The notes: generated from the sequence alone by a model not told the origin. Numbered from the stretch's first letter, positions 18,275-27,334 are shown. The stretch is DNA of 64,000 nucleotides from an uncultured bacterium (GCA_903875555.1 CAIQWN010000045.1:1535-65534); one strand, 5' to 3'. A program made the numbers and translations.

Positions 18275-18300
18275 ACACAACAAGCAAGTTGTGTAACACG

Positions 18301-18335
18301 GCGGGATTCTAATCGAATCCCGCTGGTTTTATTTT
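18301..18335 (+). terminator. intrinsic terminator
   Basis: gcgggattc-taatc-gaatcccgc followed by tggttttattttttat. Confidence 0.55.
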
Positions 18336-18336
18336 T

Positions 18337-18354
18337 TATTTAACAGGGTGAATA
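18337..18354. repeat. 18-bp motif copy C (ttatttaacagggtgaat), exact reverse complement of copy A
   Basis: Exact reverse-complement match to 17324-17341. Confidence 0.6.
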
Positions 18355-18438
18355 TTTTATGTTAGTATTTCTTTGATTGTTGCTTATATTAGTTTTATAT
18401 TCCTTAATTTCTATATATTTTGAGAAAGGTGGTACGAA

Positions 18439-18840
18439 ATGAAAAAAATACTTACAAATAATGGTGTTTCTGGATTCGGGTTTGGTGGGCACACAGATCA
18501 CCAAATTCAATCTGACTGTTTCACTCAAGACCAAATTTCATCTGTTGTTGATAGAATCAGATACATTTTAGGAGAGTCTGAACTAAGCCACGACAAACTT
18601 AATGAACCACTTGAAAAGCTTTTTGAAATGATACACTCACAATTTTTACTCGATGTTTGCAGTGTGTGTGATGAAGAAAATTTCAAAATACTTGAGACTT
18701 CAATTGAAAAAAGTGTTGATAATTACGAGGAAACACTGGCACGTCTCGTGCCAAACCACCAAGAAATACTTGAAAGCTCGAGAAGAAAAATCATAACTGA
18801 TGAAATTTATCATTTACTGATACAAAAAGTTCAAGAATAG
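18439..18840 (+). CDS. hypothetical protein, member of a two-copy paralogous family in this window (paralog at 38277-38576)
   Basis: Shared block IHSQFLLDVCSVCDEENFKILETSIEKSVDNYEETLARLVPNHQEIL versus IHTQFLLDAYNVCGEENFKALEASVNMGNEFYETTLKHTIPNYEEIF. Confidence 0.5.
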   Translation: MKKILTNNGVSGFGFGGHTDHQIQSDCFTQDQISSVVDRIRYILGESELSHDKLNEPLEKLFEMIHSQFLLDVCSVCDEENFKILETSIEKSVDNYEETLARLVPNHQEILESSRRKIITDEIYHLLIQKVQE

Positions 18841-19202
18841 GGAGAAAATAATGAAAATAAAAAAGCCCCTGCTTTGTAAATGCGACTAATGATGTCGCAT
18901 ACACAATGCAGGGGCCTTTCGCTTTAGAGATTCTACATAAGTTTCAACAACTTAGATAATTAGTTAAGGACATCTAGGGGATTGTCCTTAAAAGAGCGAA
19001 TAATTTAGAAACAAATTATTAATTTTGGGCGGTCTTAAAAATAAACTCACTATGACCGCAAAATAAAGAACTGTTTTGGTGGAGGATTGTGCGAACTTAA
19101 TATCCCGTTACGCACGGGCGAGCGTTTTCACTACATCTCCTCTACCCTAATTTATATTATAAACGACAGGAATTTTAACACAAGTGTCTTTAATAATTTT
19201 CC

Positions 19203-19211
19203 TGTGGATAA
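19203..19211 (+). promoter_or_regulatory. perfect DnaA box TGTGGATAA inside a 490-bp structured intergenic region
   Basis: cctgtggataactgt, nearly identical to the motif at 12326-12340. Confidence 0.3.
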
Positions 19212-19329
19212 CTGTCTTTTAATAAATTTAGTGTCTTTAATATTTCCTAAAATGTCCTTATAAACAAATAACTTTTTGGCTTTTTATTTTGCTTGCAATG
19301 TCTCTTTGTAATTTATAGAGTATCACTTA

Positions 19330-20073
19330 ATGCGATTACATCGCTTCTATACAACACAACCCCTTGGTGAAGAGATTGTTAAAATAGGTGATCAGAATAT
19401 AATAAATCAATTACTTAATGTCTTTCGATTTAAAGAAGGACAGGAGGTTATTTTGTTTTCACAAGATAATTACGATTATCACTATTTGATAGACTCTTAC
19501 ACAAAAAAAGAAATTACTTTTAAATTAAAAAGTAAAGAACTTAGCATAGTTCCACAAAAGAAAGTGACTTTGTATATGTCGCTTGTGAAAAAAGATACTT
19601 TTGAGACCGTTGTTAGAACTTGCACCGAACTTGGTGTTACACAGATTGTTCCAGTTATGTCTGAAAGATGTGAGAAGAAGAATTTAAACGAGGAAAGATT
19701 AAAAATTATATCAATCGAAGCCTCTGAACAGTGTGGACGGACAAATATTCCTATCATTTCACCAATCATTTCTCTAAAAGAAGCTATCGAAGCGCAGATT
19801 GTCGCAGAACAAACGCAGAATAACGCAGAAGGAACACAAACACGCAACATTGTTGCGTCACTTTTTGGTGAGAAAATTAACAGTGAAGATGTAAAAAAGG
19901 TTATTTCCTCACCTGTACTCAATATTTTTGTAGGACCCGAAGGAGGTTTCACCGATAATGAAGAAAAAATGTTTGACGAATCATGTTTCACTAAAATAAA
20001 ACTCACTGACACCATCCTAAAAGCCGACACCGGCGCCCAGGCAATAGTAGTACTTGCGATGATACTTGGTTAG
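19330..20073 (+). CDS. rsmE: 16S rRNA (uracil1498-N3)-methyltransferase
   Basis: 247 aa, MRLHRFY..., RsmE-like length and layout with a C-terminal SPOUT-like GPEGGF motif. Confidence 0.75.
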   Translation: MRLHRFYTTQPLGEEIVKIGDQNIINQLLNVFRFKEGQEVILFSQDNYDYHYLIDSYTKKEITFKLKSKELSIVPQKKVTLYMSLVKKDTFETVVRTCTELGVTQIVPVMSERCEKKNLNEERLKIISIEASEQCGRTNIPIISPIISLKEAIEAQIVAEQTQNNAEGTQTRNIVASLFGEKINSEDVKKVISSPVLNIFVGPEGGFTDNEEKMFDESCFTKIKLTDTILKADTGAQAIVVLAMILG

Positions 20074-20076
20074 TCA

Positions 20077-20092
20077 TTAGGAAGTTATTCGT
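20077..20092. repeat. short repeat ttaggaagttattcgt (also present in both arms of the 38578-38663 hairpin)
   Basis: 16-nt exact match plus a shared downstream tagttaa. Confidence 0.5.
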
Positions 20093-20202
20093 CGATAGTT
20101 AAATAATCTTAAGAGCTATGATATAATTTAATTATGTTTAAAGAGTCAACCTTGGAATGTTGAATATGGAAGAAAAATTTCTATTGAAGATCTTGAGAAT
20201 GA

Positions 20203-20604
20203 GATGGAATAAATTATGAAATAGTTTATGATAGCGAGAAGTTAGATCATATGTTTGCTAATTTAATTGATAACTCTATTAAATATACAGAGAAAGGAGG
20301 TGTGGTTGTTAAATTATATGGAAATGAATTTTATGTTTTGATAGATGTTGTTGATACTGGGCGAGGTATGTCAAAAACTTTTATCGATACTCAACTTTAT
20401 AAAAAATTTGCTCGTGAAGAAAATGTATCTACGAATGTGGATGGTAATGGTCTTGGTATGTATTTCGTAAAAGAGGTTGTTGAATTACACAAAGGAAAGA
20501 TTTCTGTTGTGTCAGAGCAAGGTAAAGGTTCTACATTTACTGTGGCCATACCAACGAAACTTAAGGAGCAGTCTAGTGAGGTTAAAGTAGGGGAAATCAA
20601 GTAA
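20203..20604 (+). pseudogene. histidine-kinase remnant: HATPase_c domain only (N, G1 and G2 boxes), truncated by an upstream in-frame stop
   Basis: NLIDNSIKYT (N box), DTGRGM (G1) and GNGLGM (G2). The frame continues upstream (DGINYEIVYDSEKLDH) to the TGA at 20200-20202; no HisKA H-box or sensor is present. Confidence 0.5.
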
Positions 20605-20622
20605 ACTGTTTTAATACGACAA

Positions 20623-20701
20623 ACAACAAGAGCGACATCGTAAGATGTCGCTCTTGTTGTTTAGTATTCTCTGAGGAGGAATGTTTACGTCAGCCGAGGC
20701 A
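20623..20701. repeat. composite repeat copy 1: hairpin acaacaagagcgacatcgtaagatgtcgctcttgttgt followed by ggaggaatgtttacgtcagccgaggca
   Basis: Near-identical to 23511-23548 plus 23615-23641. The hairpin probably acts as the convergent-gene terminator. Confidence 0.7.
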
Positions 20702-20782
20702 AATATTAGACGATTCCTACGCTTGCTAGTTTTGTATATCTTCGATACCTCTCTAGATACGAAGCTAATTTTTATTCTTTGT

Positions 20783-21220
20783 CTATATCTTTATAGTATC
20801 TATTGTTGTTGAGAGTTCTATCCAATCAGTTTTTTTAAATCCTATACGCTCATACCAAGAAAGTGGAAAAATATTTTCTTCTGGCGACAACATACTAATA
20901 CTAAAAATATTATTTTTACGAGCTTCATTCACTGTATGTTTTAATAAAGATTTTCCTACGCCATTATTTCTATGCCTATCAATAACCTGCAACGACTCAA
21001 CAATTAATAAGTCACCGTGTTTACTTGTTCCAAGTTTACTAAAAATAGCTCCGAGAATCTCGTTATCTTTATCAACTGCCATAAAACAAAAATCTGGACT
21101 AATCAAATATGATTGCATAAGATATTTTTTAGCATTTTCAATACTCCACTCTGGAAACGAATCAACAAAAGATTCTGTTATTTTATCTAAAGCACGAGGG
21201 TCAAACTTTATTATTTTCAT
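20783..21220 (-). CDS. GNAT family N-acetyltransferase
   Basis: Acetyl-CoA motif R.NNGVGKSLL. Confidence 0.7.
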   Translation of the reverse strand: MKIIKFDPRALDKITESFVDSFPEWSIENAKKYLMQSYLISPDFCFMAVDKDNEILGAIFSKLGTSKHGDLLIVESLQVIDRHRNNGVGKSLLKHTVNEARKNNIFSISMLSPEENIFPLSWYERIGFKKTDWIELSTTIDTIKI

Positions 21221-21222
21221 AT

Positions 21223-22335
21223 TTAATTAGTTATTTTTTTAAAGACTAGTTCCATTTTAGAGGTAATCTGTCCTAGAAGTTCTTCTTGGGTTTTATTTTT
21301 ATGTTTTATAGAAAAATATTTTTTTATTTCATTAACTGTGTCAGGTCTGGCAGTGATTTCTGATTTTACACATTCAAACTTATATCCAGACTGTTTTAGT
21401 TTATCATTAGCGTGAAATAAAATCTTTTCTTTATATTTTTCTGGACTCATCGGACAGAAAGCATCTGAATCAGGATCAGGAATTAAATAACGTTCGTCTA
21501 TTTCTTTCCAATCATTAGCAAAACTAATAATTGTTCCATTTTTAAAATCAGAAACATAATTTCTATAGTGAAGCATTAACTCGGCAGCAGTACCAAATGG
21601 CATTATTACACTTGCTTGGCCTTCTGACAGAATAGGATAATCATCTTGTTTATTTCTTTTGTCTTTCATTTTTTCAACTTCATCTTTATTCCAAGTGTCA
21701 AATGTTCTAAATCTTTCTCTAAAATAACTATAAAAATCTTTTACATCTTGGTCTAAAAAAGATATTTCAATCAGGTCGTTAATCTCTGGCCCAGCAAAAT
21801 CACGCAAAAGCAAGACACCGTTATTAGATAAGGTCATAGAGGCTTCCTGAATCGCTTTTATCCAAGCTATTTTTCCATCTTCTACATAACTATATATTTC
21901 ATGCATTATTGCAGACAGAACAATACCATCCATATAATCATTGGTATATTTGAAAGGCATTTCTACGGCACTACTTTGCACTAACAAAGCCCGCACATTG
22001 TGTTCTGTTAAATATTTACGTGCTGATGATAGGGCTTTTTTAGAAAGATCAACTCCTATTATTTCTGTATGTTTTTCTTTAAACAATTCATATAAAACTC
22101 TTAATTCTAATCCTCCTCCTACACCAACAGAGGCTATCGAATGTGGATTTTTTAAAAAATTAATTATTGGTTCTAATTTTTTTACAAAATTTAAAAATTC
22201 TTCCTCAGAATATTTATTTATCGCTTCAAAGTATTGATTAGGCGCATTGTCTAAATGTTGCCTTGCTGATTCAATATCTATATGTGTTTCTTTTTGTGTC
22301 TCTACATATTCTTGAGTGGAGTTTATTTTTTCCAT
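21223..22335 (-). CDS. class I SAM-dependent methyltransferase with C-terminal extension
   Basis: Motif I VGVGGGLEL, motif II IIGVDLS. Confidence 0.55.
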   Translation of the reverse strand: MEKINSTQEYVETQKETHIDIESARQHLDNAPNQYFEAINKYSEEEFLNFVKKLEPIINFLKNPHSIASVGVGGGLELRVLYELFKEKHTEIIGVDLSKKALSSARKYLTEHNVRALLVQSSAVEMPFKYTNDYMDGIVLSAIMHEIYSYVEDGKIAWIKAIQEASMTLSNNGVLLLRDFAGPEINDLIEISFLDQDVKDFYSYFRERFRTFDTWNKDEVEKMKDKRNKQDDYPILSEGQASVIMPFGTAAELMLHYRNYVSDFKNGTIISFANDWKEIDERYLIPDPDSDAFCPMSPEKYKEKILFHANDKLKQSGYKFECVKSEITARPDTVNEIKKYFSIKHKNKTQEELLGQITSKMELVFKKITN

Positions 22336-22384
22336 TTTGTTTAAGGTTGTTTATATGATACAGTCTAACTTATATATTATAACC

Positions 22385-23032
22385 ATGACAAGAAGTCTAA
22401 AACAAGTACTCATTAAAATAGCCGAGGAGTTACAATCAAGGTCTGATCCTTCACATGATTTTCAACATGTCCTGAGAGTGCTTAACCTGTCTTTAAAATT
22501 AGCAAAAAAAACTAACGCTGATATAGATATAATTATTCCAGCTGTGCTTTTTCATGACATTGTTATCTATCCTAAAAACTCACCTGAAAGTAAAAATGAG
22601 AATACCGAAAGTTCTATTGTCGCTGAAAAAATATTAAATGGTATTAAAAAATATCCCAAAGAAAAAATACCTAGAGCGGTGTCTTGTATAAAAGAGTGTT
22701 CATTTTCTAAAGGACTTAAAGCTAGCAGTTTAGAATCAGAAATCCTTCAAGATGCTGACCGTCTTGAAGCCACTGGCGCAATATCAATTATGCGCACATT
22801 TTCTTCTGGAGGACAAATGAATAAACCTTTTTACCCATCTGAAGACCCGTTGTGTAAAAAAGGTTCTGTTAGATTTAGATCAAGTATAGATCTTTTTTAT
22901 GAGAGATTACTCGTAGTTAAAGATACAATGCACACAGAGTATGCAAAAAAAATAGCTGAACAGAGGACTAATTTTCTAAAAAAATTTTTAAAACAACTAG
23001 AAAAAGAACTGAAAGAATCAAAGGTGATGTAA
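22385..23032 (+). CDS. HD-domain phosphohydrolase
   Basis: H..QHVLRV and LFHDIV metal-binding motifs. The ORF-track start at 22316 overlaps the divergent gene, so the first non-overlapping ATG at 22385 was chosen. Confidence 0.65.
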   Translation: MTRSLKQVLIKIAEELQSRSDPSHDFQHVLRVLNLSLKLAKKTNADIDIIIPAVLFHDIVIYPKNSPESKNENTESSIVAEKILNGIKKYPKEKIPRAVSCIKECSFSKGLKASSLESEILQDADRLEATGAISIMRTFSSGGQMNKPFYPSEDPLCKKGSVRFRSSIDLFYERLLVVKDTMHTEYAKKIAEQRTNFLKKFLKQLEKELKESKVM

Positions 23033-23049
23033 GTCAATAAATAAAAATA

Positions 23050-23499
23050 GTGACGTGGTATAATTCAAATATGAGCCTAGAAATTACTCCACAATATTCG
23101 CATGTTGGTGTGTATGGTGTTTACATTAAAAATAATTCAGTGTTGTTAATCAAAAAATCACGCGGACCATACAAAGGAATGTATGATTTACCAGGAGGAA
23201 GAATTGAGCAAAGGGAGACAATTGAAGAAGGTCTAAGAAGAGAATTTATTGAAGAAGCTGGTGGAGAAATAACGAACCAAACATTTTTATCCGAGAATGA
23301 ATACACCGCCCCTGATTATAAAGGTGAACCATTTCGTCACTTTGGTACATATTTTACAGTCTCTCTTTCATTAGATAATATTAAGATTGATCCTGATGGT
23401 CACGATTCTCTTGGTGCAGAGTTTATTAGCCTTGATAAACTTGATCAAGTAGAAATCTCTCCGATAGTTAAACCAATGATATTGAAAGCAATTTCTTAA
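23050..23499 (+). CDS. NUDIX hydrolase
   Basis: Nudix box GGRIEQRETIEEGLRREFIEEAG. Confidence 0.75.
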   Translation: MTWYNSNMSLEITPQYSHVGVYGVYIKNNSVLLIKKSRGPYKGMYDLPGGRIEQRETIEEGLRREFIEEAGGEITNQTFLSENEYTAPDYKGEPFRHFGTYFTVSLSLDNIKIDPDGHDSLGAEFISLDKLDQVEISPIVKPMILKAIS

Positions 23500-23510
23500 A
23501 TTTAACACAA

Positions 23511-23641
23511 AACACAAGAGCGACATCGTTAGATGTCGCTCTTGTGTTTTATATTTTTTATTTTTAAATTCTAGACACTGGATTCCCGCTTTCGCGGGAA
23601 TGACACCCAATAACGGAGGAATGTTTACGTCAGCCAAGGCA
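23511..23641. repeat. composite repeat copy 2 (hairpin 23511-23548; ggaggaatgtttacgtcagccaaggca 23615-23641), interrupted by palindromic repeat copy 3 (23577-23605)
   Basis: Same two modules as 20623-20701, but the spacer is 66 bp instead of 14 bp and contains cactggattcccgctttcgcgggaatgac. Confidence 0.7.
23577..23605. repeat. palindromic dispersed repeat, copy 3 (reverse orientation; stem attcccgc/gcgggaat)
   Basis: cactggattcccgctttcgcgggaatgac: compensatory T>C and A>G changes keep the 8-bp stem. Confidence 0.8.
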
Positions 23642-23754
23642 GTATTTGGATGGAATTCGAAGTTGTTTTTGTAAAAATATTATGAGGTGTACAAATCGTA
23701 CAGTGAAGAATATTTTTACAAAAACAACAAGAAGTACGCCAAATAATGGCTCGG

Positions 23755-24807
23755 TTATTTATTACCCTCTAAAAATTTGAGAACCTTCTCATTTGTAAGA
23801 ACTTGAAATATATATCCACGGGCGCGTTCCTCATCTAAATCCTGAATTGTAGCAAGTAGGCGAGTTAGTTCTGTTTCAATCTCTTCGTCTGTTGGTTTGA
23901 TTTTTTCAACCAAAGAAATTTCTGCAAGAACAAGTTGTGAAAGGGTTCTCTTTTCTGCGTTTAATCTCCAGTCCTTTTTCAATTCTTCTTCTGTCTTCTT
24001 TGAGTGAGTTAAATAATCTTCCCACTTGCCACCGAAACGAGCAACATCATTTTTCATTTGACCAAGCATTCTTTCGAGTTCTTGCTCGATCATCACCTCT
24101 GGAATTTCTGCTTTACTTTCTTTGATCAAATTTTCGATTATCGCTGTACGAATTTTTTCTGTGTTCTTTTGTGACTTTTCTAATTTTAGATTTTCAGAAA
24201 TTTTCTTTTTCAAATCTTCAAGAGATTTAAATTCTTCGCCGAATGATTGTGCAAATTCGTCGTTCAATTCTGGAAGATTTTTTTCTTCGTCAGTATGTTC
24301 ACATTTTTCTCCATCTTTGTGTTCGTGATCATGATGGTGTTTTTCTGCGCGACCCTTGCGAAGTTCTTCAAGAACATCTGCGATGTCTTTATCAGTTACA
24401 GTTTCCATTGTATGTTCCTTAGATTTTTCTTCTCCAATTTTTTTGTAATTAGGAAGTGTGACCTCTGGCATAACAGGTACAGTGATAGTTAATTCCAAAT
24501 CATTTCCTTTGGCTAATTTTTTAATCACAACATTTGGATCTGCGACTGGAATTATTTTGTGTTCCTTGATTGCTTCCATATAAGCATCACGAAGTGCAAG
24601 GTTCGCCATCTCTTCTAATAGAATCATGTCTCCATAATTTTTTGTTATAGCATCTTCTGGAGCGTTGCCTTTTCTGAAGCCATCAACAGAAACAACTTCT
24701 TGAATTTTTTTAAATCCTTTGTCGTGATATTTTTCAAAATCTTTTGAAGGTATTACAATATCAAATTGAACTTCACTTTTTTCTAATTTTTTAATTTCTA
24801 TTTTCAT
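23755..24807 (-). CDS. tig: trigger factor (short form)
   Basis: GFRKGNAP ribosome-binding signature in the N-terminal domain; 350 aa. Confidence 0.75.
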   Translation of the reverse strand: MKIEIKKLEKSEVQFDIVIPSKDFEKYHDKGFKKIQEVVSVDGFRKGNAPEDAITKNYGDMILLEEMANLALRDAYMEAIKEHKIIPVADPNVVIKKLAKGNDLELTITVPVMPEVTLPNYKKIGEEKSKEHTMETVTDKDIADVLEELRKGRAEKHHHDHEHKDGEKCEHTDEEKNLPELNDEFAQSFGEEFKSLEDLKKKISENLKLEKSQKNTEKIRTAIIENLIKESKAEIPEVMIEQELERMLGQMKNDVARFGGKWEDYLTHSKKTEEELKKDWRLNAEKRTLSQLVLAEISLVEKIKPTDEEIETELTRLLATIQDLDEERARGYIFQVLTNEKVLKFLEGNK

Positions 24808-24846
24808 GAGTTAGTTAGTAGTTAATCGTTAGTAGTTTAAAAATTT

Positions 24847-25383
24847 TTATTTCTTGAACTTGCTCTTATACAACTCCATAGATTCAAGAATAACTTCTTT
24901 CGCCCTTTTCGCATTATTCACTCCGTTTATTTTCACAATTTTATTTTGAAGGTGTTTATATGTTTCGAAGAAATGAATTATTTCTTTTATTGTATGTTGA
25001 TTAACATCTGCTAAATCTTTCACATGCTCAAAACGTGGATCACCAACTGGAACAGCAATAATCTTTGCGTCACTTTCGCCATCATCTATCATATCAACAA
25101 CAGCAACAGGACGAACATCAACTAGCACGCCAGGGAACAATGGATTAGTTGTTAGAAGAACAACATCTAGCGGATCACCATCGTGCCAATTTGTTTGTGG
25201 AACAAATCCGTAATCGAACGGGTAGTCTTGTGACGTATGCATCGCGCGATCAAGTTTGATAAGACCAGTTTCTTTATCTAGTTCATATTTATTTTTTGAA
25301 CCATTATTTATTTCTACAATTGTAGTTATTATATCTGGGACATTTTTTCCTGGACTAATATCGTGAAGTAAATTTAAACTCAT
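24847..25383 (-). CDS. ppa: inorganic pyrophosphatase
   Basis: IEI..GS.NKYE.D...G....DR......YP..YGF.P.T...DGDPLDV. Confidence 0.9.
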   Translation of the reverse strand: MSLNLLHDISPGKNVPDIITTIVEINNGSKNKYELDKETGLIKLDRAMHTSQDYPFDYGFVPQTNWHDGDPLDVVLLTTNPLFPGVLVDVRPVAVVDMIDDGESDAKIIAVPVGDPRFEHVKDLADVNQHTIKEIIHFFETYKHLQNKIVKINGVNNAKRAKEVILESMELYKSKFKK

Positions 25384-25449
25384 AGTGTTTATTAGGTGTT
25401 AGATTTTAGGGACTAGGGACTAGAAAATCCAAAGCCACAAATTAATAAA

Positions 25450-26760
25450 TTATTTTGTTTCTTCTGTTACAGTTTCATCACTTGAAACTTCTGATACATT
25501 TTCTAGTTCAATATTTTTTGGAACGGTTTCTTCTGTTACATTTAATGCTTCAATTATTTCCTCTACTTCTTCATCAATCGTTTCATTGATCATCATACTG
25601 TCGATAACAGCTCCTTCTTCGGAAGCTTCTGCAAGAATTTCTCCACCTGAAACAATATCTATTTTCCAACCTGTAAGTTTTGCAGCAAGACGAACATTCT
25701 GTCCACCTTTACCAATTGCTAATGATTGTTCTTCTGGAGATACAGTAACCACTGCCTTTTTTTCTATTTCATTTGCTTCAATAGATAATGCTTTCGCTGG
25801 TGATAAAGCTGTCGCAATAAATTTACGAATATCATCACTCCACTCAATCACATCAATTTTTTCTCCAGCTAATTCATTTGTAATCGCAGTTACACGAACA
25901 CCACGTTGCCCAACACACGCTCCGATTGGATCGATTCTTTCATCGTTTGATTTTACAGCAATCTTAGAACGACTTCCTGGTTCGCGAGCAACAGAAACAA
26001 TTTCAACTATTCCTTGTGCGATTTCTGAACTTTCGTTTTTGAAAAGTTCAATTAAAAATTTTGGATGTGTGCGTGATAGACGAATAGATAAACCTCTCAT
26101 TCCTTCTTCAATAGAAAATAGATATGCGCGAATTCTTTCTCCGGCACGAAGTCTCTCTGATGGAATTTGTTCTTCGAAAGGAATAATTGCTGTTGTTCTT
26201 CCAAGATCAACAAACACAGAACCTCTTTCGATTCTTTGAACTGTTCCTTGAACAATAGTTCCTTCGCGTGATGCGAATTCTCCAACGATTGATTCTCTTT
26301 CTGCTTCGCGAAGTTTTTGAACAATAACTTGCTTTGCTGTTTGTGCTGCGATACGTCCGAAGTCATCTTGATTATCAAGAGGGAAAATAATTTCTTCTCC
26401 GAGTTCTGCATTTTTCTTAAACATTTTCGCATCTCCAAGCAACATGTGACGCTCTTCATTGAAACGAGGAAGTGCTATTTCTCCTTCCTTCACTTCTTCT
26501 GCTTTTTCAAAAATTTCTTCTTCTCCTTCTACAGGCATTCTAACTGTTGTCTCATCAACAATAACTTTCACTTGCTCAAAAGAAGTTTCACCTGTGTCAA
26601 AATTAATCTGGCAACGAACAATTTGTCCACGCTTGCCGTATTCTTTTTGGTAAGCGGCTGCGAGAGATTTTTCTACCGCATCCACAACTTTTTCGTGTGA
26701 AATTTTCTTTTCGTTTTCTAATTGCTCAAGAGCGATTTTTAAAGCTTTAATATCTAACAT
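25450..26760 (-). CDS. nusA: transcription termination/antitermination factor NusA
   Basis: N-terminal domain followed by S1 and KH domains; 436 aa. Confidence 0.9.
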   Translation of the reverse strand: MLDIKALKIALEQLENEKKISHEKVVDAVEKSLAAAYQKEYGKRGQIVRCQINFDTGETSFEQVKVIVDETTVRMPVEGEEEIFEKAEEVKEGEIALPRFNEERHMLLGDAKMFKKNAELGEEIIFPLDNQDDFGRIAAQTAKQVIVQKLREAERESIVGEFASREGTIVQGTVQRIERGSVFVDLGRTTAIIPFEEQIPSERLRAGERIRAYLFSIEEGMRGLSIRLSRTHPKFLIELFKNESSEIAQGIVEIVSVAREPGSRSKIAVKSNDERIDPIGACVGQRGVRVTAITNELAGEKIDVIEWSDDIRKFIATALSPAKALSIEANEIEKKAVVTVSPEEQSLAIGKGGQNVRLAAKLTGWKIDIVSGGEILAEASEEGAVIDSMMINETIDEEVEEIIEALNVTEETVPKNIELENVSEVSSDETVTEETK

Positions 26761-26989
26761 ATATTTATAAATCTATATTTAATTTTAGTAATTTTATCTA
26801 TTCAAAAATTTAAATGTCGGCTCCTTTCGGGCCGACACACACATCCATTTCTGAATGAACTTATTATACAACAAATAAAATAAAAAGCAAATCTAAAATT
26901 ATGTTGCGAATATTTTAAAAAAGAGTAGAATATTTTTAATTGAACAAAGAGTGTAGTTAAACTAAAACCAAACAACAAGGGGAACAATC

Positions 26990-27334
26990 TTGAATACCAC
27001 AATCACAGCTCTACAAAAAGATGACCCATCGATTTGCCAAGCAAAACTCGAACAATGGCACCTAAGGGTTGGGTCTAATTGTAACCTCATAACTGAGAGA
27101 GATTATCTTCTTTCTCAAAACAAACCCTGTAATGAAAATGGTAATTGTATGGCTGTAGAATTACTCAAACAAAAACCGTTTGACTGTCCTGTTATGGAAG
27201 AATTGCCTGCTGGCAATAAATTAAAAAAATGTGACAGAAATGGTGACAGAATCAATTTTATTTTTGGTGGAAGTGGCACCTGCCACCTAGAAGGAAAATG
27301 TCTGATAGTTGGTAAACTCTACACCAGCAAATAA
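26990..27334 (+). CDS. hypothetical Cys-rich small protein
   Basis: 114 aa with 9 Cys and no signal peptide. Confidence 0.3.
   Translation: MNTTITALQKDDPSICQAKLEQWHLRVGSNCNLITERDYLLSQNKPCNENGNCMAVELLKQKPFDCPVMEELPAGNKLKKCDRNGDRINFIFGGSGTCHLEGKCLIVGKLYTSK

Noticed and set aside
18841-19329. RNase P RNA, tmRNA, SRP RNA or 6S RNA in the structured intergenic region
   Set aside because: I found none of the hallmark motifs: no AGGAAAGTCC or ACAGNAA (rnpB), no tRNA-like GGTTCGAnTCC plus CCA end with a tag reading frame (ssrA), and no GGAAG...GCAGC domain IV (ffs). It is left as an unknown structured region.
23371-23637. ORF 23371-23637(-) and the N-terminal extension of 49673-50068(-), both encoding VIPAKAGIQCL
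   Set aside because: The shared peptide is just the translation of the palindromic repeat element; it marks the repeat, not a protein family.
26802-27002. ORF 26802-27002(-) upstream of nusA
   Set aside because: It overlaps the hairpin tgtcggc-tcctttcgg-gccgaca (26815-26837) and has a low-complexity translation. It is more likely a leader or terminator structure than a gene.
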